Assembly: GCA_016213405.1 (NCBI GenBank)
Contig: JACRAM010000116.1
Coordinates: 269 to 64,268, forward strand
Direction: 5' to 3'
DNA from: Bacteroidota bacterium
GTDB taxonomy: Bacteria; Bacteroidota; Bacteroidia; Palsa-948
DNA length: 64,000 bases
Positions 61,885 to 64,000 of this stretch are shown one piece after another (position 1 is the first letter of the stretch; every line of letters begins with the position of its first letter). Made by a program: the position numbers and the translations under genes. The notes beneath the pieces were generated by a model. That model searched no databases and was not told the DNA's origin. It saw only the letters and a list, made by a program, of their open reading frames with translations.

Positions 61885-62793
61885 GTGAGAAAAGAGTTTT
61901 CAGCTGCAATCGAGAAAATTTCTGCTAAAGATGAATCTATCATTTTCATTACTGGCGATTTGGGTTATAATGCTTTTGAGTGTCTTCAACAATCATTAGG
62001 CAACCGCTTTATTAACGCTGGCGTTGCTGAACAGAACATGGTTAGCGTGGCTGCGGGAATGGCATCTCATGGCTATAAAGTTTTTTGCTACAGTATTGCT
62101 CCATTTATTGTTTACCGCTGCTTGGAACAGTTTCGAAATGATGTTTGCATGCACAATCTTCCTGTCTTTTTAGTTGGCAATGGCGGTGGATACGGTTATG
62201 GAATAATGGGTCCTACTCATCACGCACTTGAAGACATTGGATGTATGAGCAGTATGCAAAACGTGAAATGCTGGGTGCCTTCATTTAATGATGAAGTTGA
62301 AATTGTTCTAAAAAAAATAATAACAGAAAAAAAACCAACTTATTTAAGATTAAATAATAGCCAGAACGCACCTGCCGGTTTTTCTTCAGCGAACTGTATT
62401 AATTCTGTTATAAAATCATCTAACCCCAAAGCAACTATTATTTCTACGGGCCCGGTAATTAATAATGTGATTAAATCTTTAGCAAATAAAAATATATCAG
62501 GCAAGTGTAACCTGTTTTCTGCATCCTATTTTCCTCTTGAATTGTCAGATGAATTTATTCTGTCCGTAAACTCAACCAACAACTTACTTGTCGTGGAAGA
62601 GCATGTTTCTGCAGGAGGTTTAGCGCAACAGCTATCATTGAAACTGCTGGAGAACAGACTGAAGATTAATAAATTTGTTTCATTGCATGCAAGAGGATAT
62701 CCGAATGGTTTATTTGGAGATCAGCATTATCATCAGGAACAGTCGGGGATAGATGCTGATAATATTTCGAAAGTGTTAACAGAAATGTTTTGA
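61885..62793 (+). CDS. Transketolase, C-terminal (pyrimidine-binding) subunit
   Basis: GVAEQNMVSVAAGMASHG and GPTHHALEDIGCM are typical of the transketolase Pyr/C-terminal half. 302 aa. Confidence 0.85.
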   Translation: MRKEFSAAIEKISAKDESIIFITGDLGYNAFECLQQSLGNRFINAGVAEQNMVSVAAGMASHGYKVFCYSIAPFIVYRCLEQFRNDVCMHNLPVFLVGNGGGYGYGIMGPTHHALEDIGCMSSMQNVKCWVPSFNDEVEIVLKKIITEKKPTYLRLNNSQNAPAGFSSANCINSVIKSSNPKATIISTGPVINNVIKSLANKNISGKCNLFSASYFPLELSDEFILSVNSTNNLLVVEEHVSAGGLAQQLSLKLLENRLKINKFVSLHARGYPNGLFGDQHYHQEQSGIDADNISKVLTEMF

Positions 62794-62799
62794 GAAAAA

Positions 62800-64000
62800 T
62801 TATCGGACTAAAGAAACATTTCCTTTTTTCAAAAAAACCTTTCCTGAACTATATGCACCTTCAATGTAGTAAGTATAAACAGCTGAGATTTCTTTTTTCC
62901 CATTAAATGTTCCATCCCAGCTTTTTGAAACATCAATTGTTTCAAAAACTTTTTCTCCCCAGCGGTTGTAAATGATAAGCGAAAAGGTTTTCACACATTT
63001 TGTTCCCAATGGCAGAAGAATATCGTTTTCGTTATCTTCATTAGGAGAAAAAGCATTGGGAAGATACATTTCTTCTGTACAATCAACTGTCTTTACTGTA
63101 ACTGTATCACATGAAGAATCTGAACAGCCATTTGAATCAATAACTGTTACGCAATAAACGGATGTGATAGGAGGCGAAACGATAATAGAGGATGTGGTTT
63201 CTCCATTGCTCCATGAATAAATTGTTCCCCCGCTTGCGCTTAGCGTGGTGGTGCTTCCTGCAGTGATGGTTACGTTTGTTCCGGCATTAGCTATTGGATT
63301 TGGATTAACAATTATTGAAGCCGAAGCACTGTCTGCACAACTGCCAATTGAAACTACTACTGAATAAGTGCCGGAATTATTTACGACAATAGAAGATGTA
63401 GTTGCTCCGGTACTCCAACTATAATTTCCCCCACCTGATGCGCAAAGTGTTGTCATTTGACCCTGACAAAAATTTGTAATGCCGGAAATACTTGTTGTGG
63501 GAGCAGGGAAAACTGAAACTGTATCTGAAGTTGAACTTGTGCATCCGTTGGCACTTGTAACAGTTACAGAATAACTGGTGGTTGAAGAAGGTGAAACGGT
63601 AATCATTGCTCCTGTTGTGCCGTTATTCCATTGATAAATTCCTCCACCCGATGCAGAGAGGGTTGTATTATCACCGATGCAAAGCGTATTGTTTCCGGAG
63701 ATGGTTGTAGCCGGATTAGGATAAACGGTTACACTTACAGAATTTGTTCCCGTGCACCCCTTGGTATTTGAAACTAAAACGGAATAAGAAGAAGTTGACG
63801 AAGGATTTAAAACAACTGACGTGGCAGTGCTTCCATTGCTCCATAGATAAGTTGTTCCGCCAGAAACTGTAAGTGTTGTTGAATCGTCAGAACAAATAGA
63901 AGTGTTGCCTGATATGAAAACTAAAGGAGATGGATTAACCAATACGGTAATTTTTGCAGTATCAGTTCCACATGCATTTGTTTCAATCACAGTGTAGGAA
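62800..64000 (-). CDS. C-terminal part of a large cell-surface adhesin (SprB/Ig-like repeats plus a CHU_C/T9SS type-B sorting domain). Its N-terminus lies beyond the window
   Basis: Repeats of the ...SGGT.YxWSNG.T... type. The C-terminal gliding-motility-associated domain is YLPNAFSPNEDNENDIL...FSLIIYNRWGEKVFE. Confidence 0.7.
   Translation of the reverse strand, partial: SYTVIETNACGTDTAKITVLVNPSPLVFISGNTSICSDDSTTLTVSGGTTYLWSNGSTATSVVLNPSSTSSYSVLVSNTKGCTGTNSVSVTVYPNPATTISGNNTLCIGDNTTLSASGGGIYQWNNGTTGAMITVSPSSTTSYSVTVTSANGCTSSTSDTVSVFPAPTTSISGITNFCQGQMTTLCASGGGNYSWSTGATTSSIVVNNSGTYSVVVSIGSCADSASASIIVNPNPIANAGTNVTITAGSTTTLSASGGTIYSWSNGETTSSIIVSPPITSVYCVTVIDSNGCSDSSCDTVTVKTVDCTEEMYLPNAFSPNEDNENDILLPLGTKCVKTFSLIIYNRWGEKVFETIDVSKSWDGTFNGKKEISAVYTYYIEGAYSSGKVFLKKGNVSLVR

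Overview
The window is from a low-GC genome of Bacteroidota. This is inferred from T9SS C-terminal sorting domains, a CHU_C gliding-motility domain, a Bacteroides-style TAnnTTTG -7 promoter motif, and rpoB/rpoC sizes.

Positions 1-13760 hold the conserved core block, all on the minus strand: a DUF3467 gene, rpoC, rpoB, rplL, rplJ, rplA, rplK, nusG, secE, tRNA-Trp, tuf, then tRNA-Thr(GGT), tRNA-Gly, tRNA-Tyr and tRNA-Thr(TGT).

Positions 13759-39817 are a genomic island of about 26 kb, integrated into the 5' half of tRNA-Thr(TGT).
- It is bounded by an exact 38-bp direct repeat of that tRNA segment, at 13721-13758 and 39818-39855.
- It carries 26-bp arm-like repeats just inside each end.
- A tyrosine integrase sits at 38351-39625, followed by an excisionase, a DUF1376 protein and a DnaC/IstB-like ATPase as a replication module.
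- Between the integrase and a remnant of a second integrase 3' end lie two large proteins with no recognisable domains (421 and 995 aa); a third unknown (331 aa) follows on the far side of that remnant.
- A complete Type I R-M operon runs hsdR, ORF570, an SMC/Rad50-like ABC ATPase with a CxxC zinc hook (about 1022 aa), hsdM, hsdS. The two extra genes are translationally coupled between hsdR and hsdM, making them a candidate novel defence module.
- Downstream of hsdS are a small basic ORF paired with a zeta-toxin-like P-loop protein, a 365-aa unknown with a degraded tandem paralog, and a 486-aa protein with N-terminal GF-containing repeats and a C-terminal NYN (Zc3h12a-like) RNase domain.

Beyond the island the core resumes with hpf, a XerC/D-like recombinase and rpsU. 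Then comes a secreted module: an outer-membrane protein with a C-terminal heavy-metal-binding domain, a T9SS thioredoxin-like protein, a TonB-dependent receptor, a T9SS repeat protein and a T9SS endonuclease I. Next are a membrane 4Fe-4S protein, a HAD-like protein and a CCG-domain Fe-S protein in one operon, and MlaD.

The final block is a glycosylation-type locus on the plus strand. A split transketolase (N- and C-terminal halves) brackets three polytopic membrane proteins (two are tandem paralogs), an NAD-epimerase fused to a GT2 polyprenyl-phosphate glycosyltransferase, and a SAM methyltransferase. The window ends in a partial SprB/CHU_C-type adhesin.

No rRNA or CRISPR array was seen.
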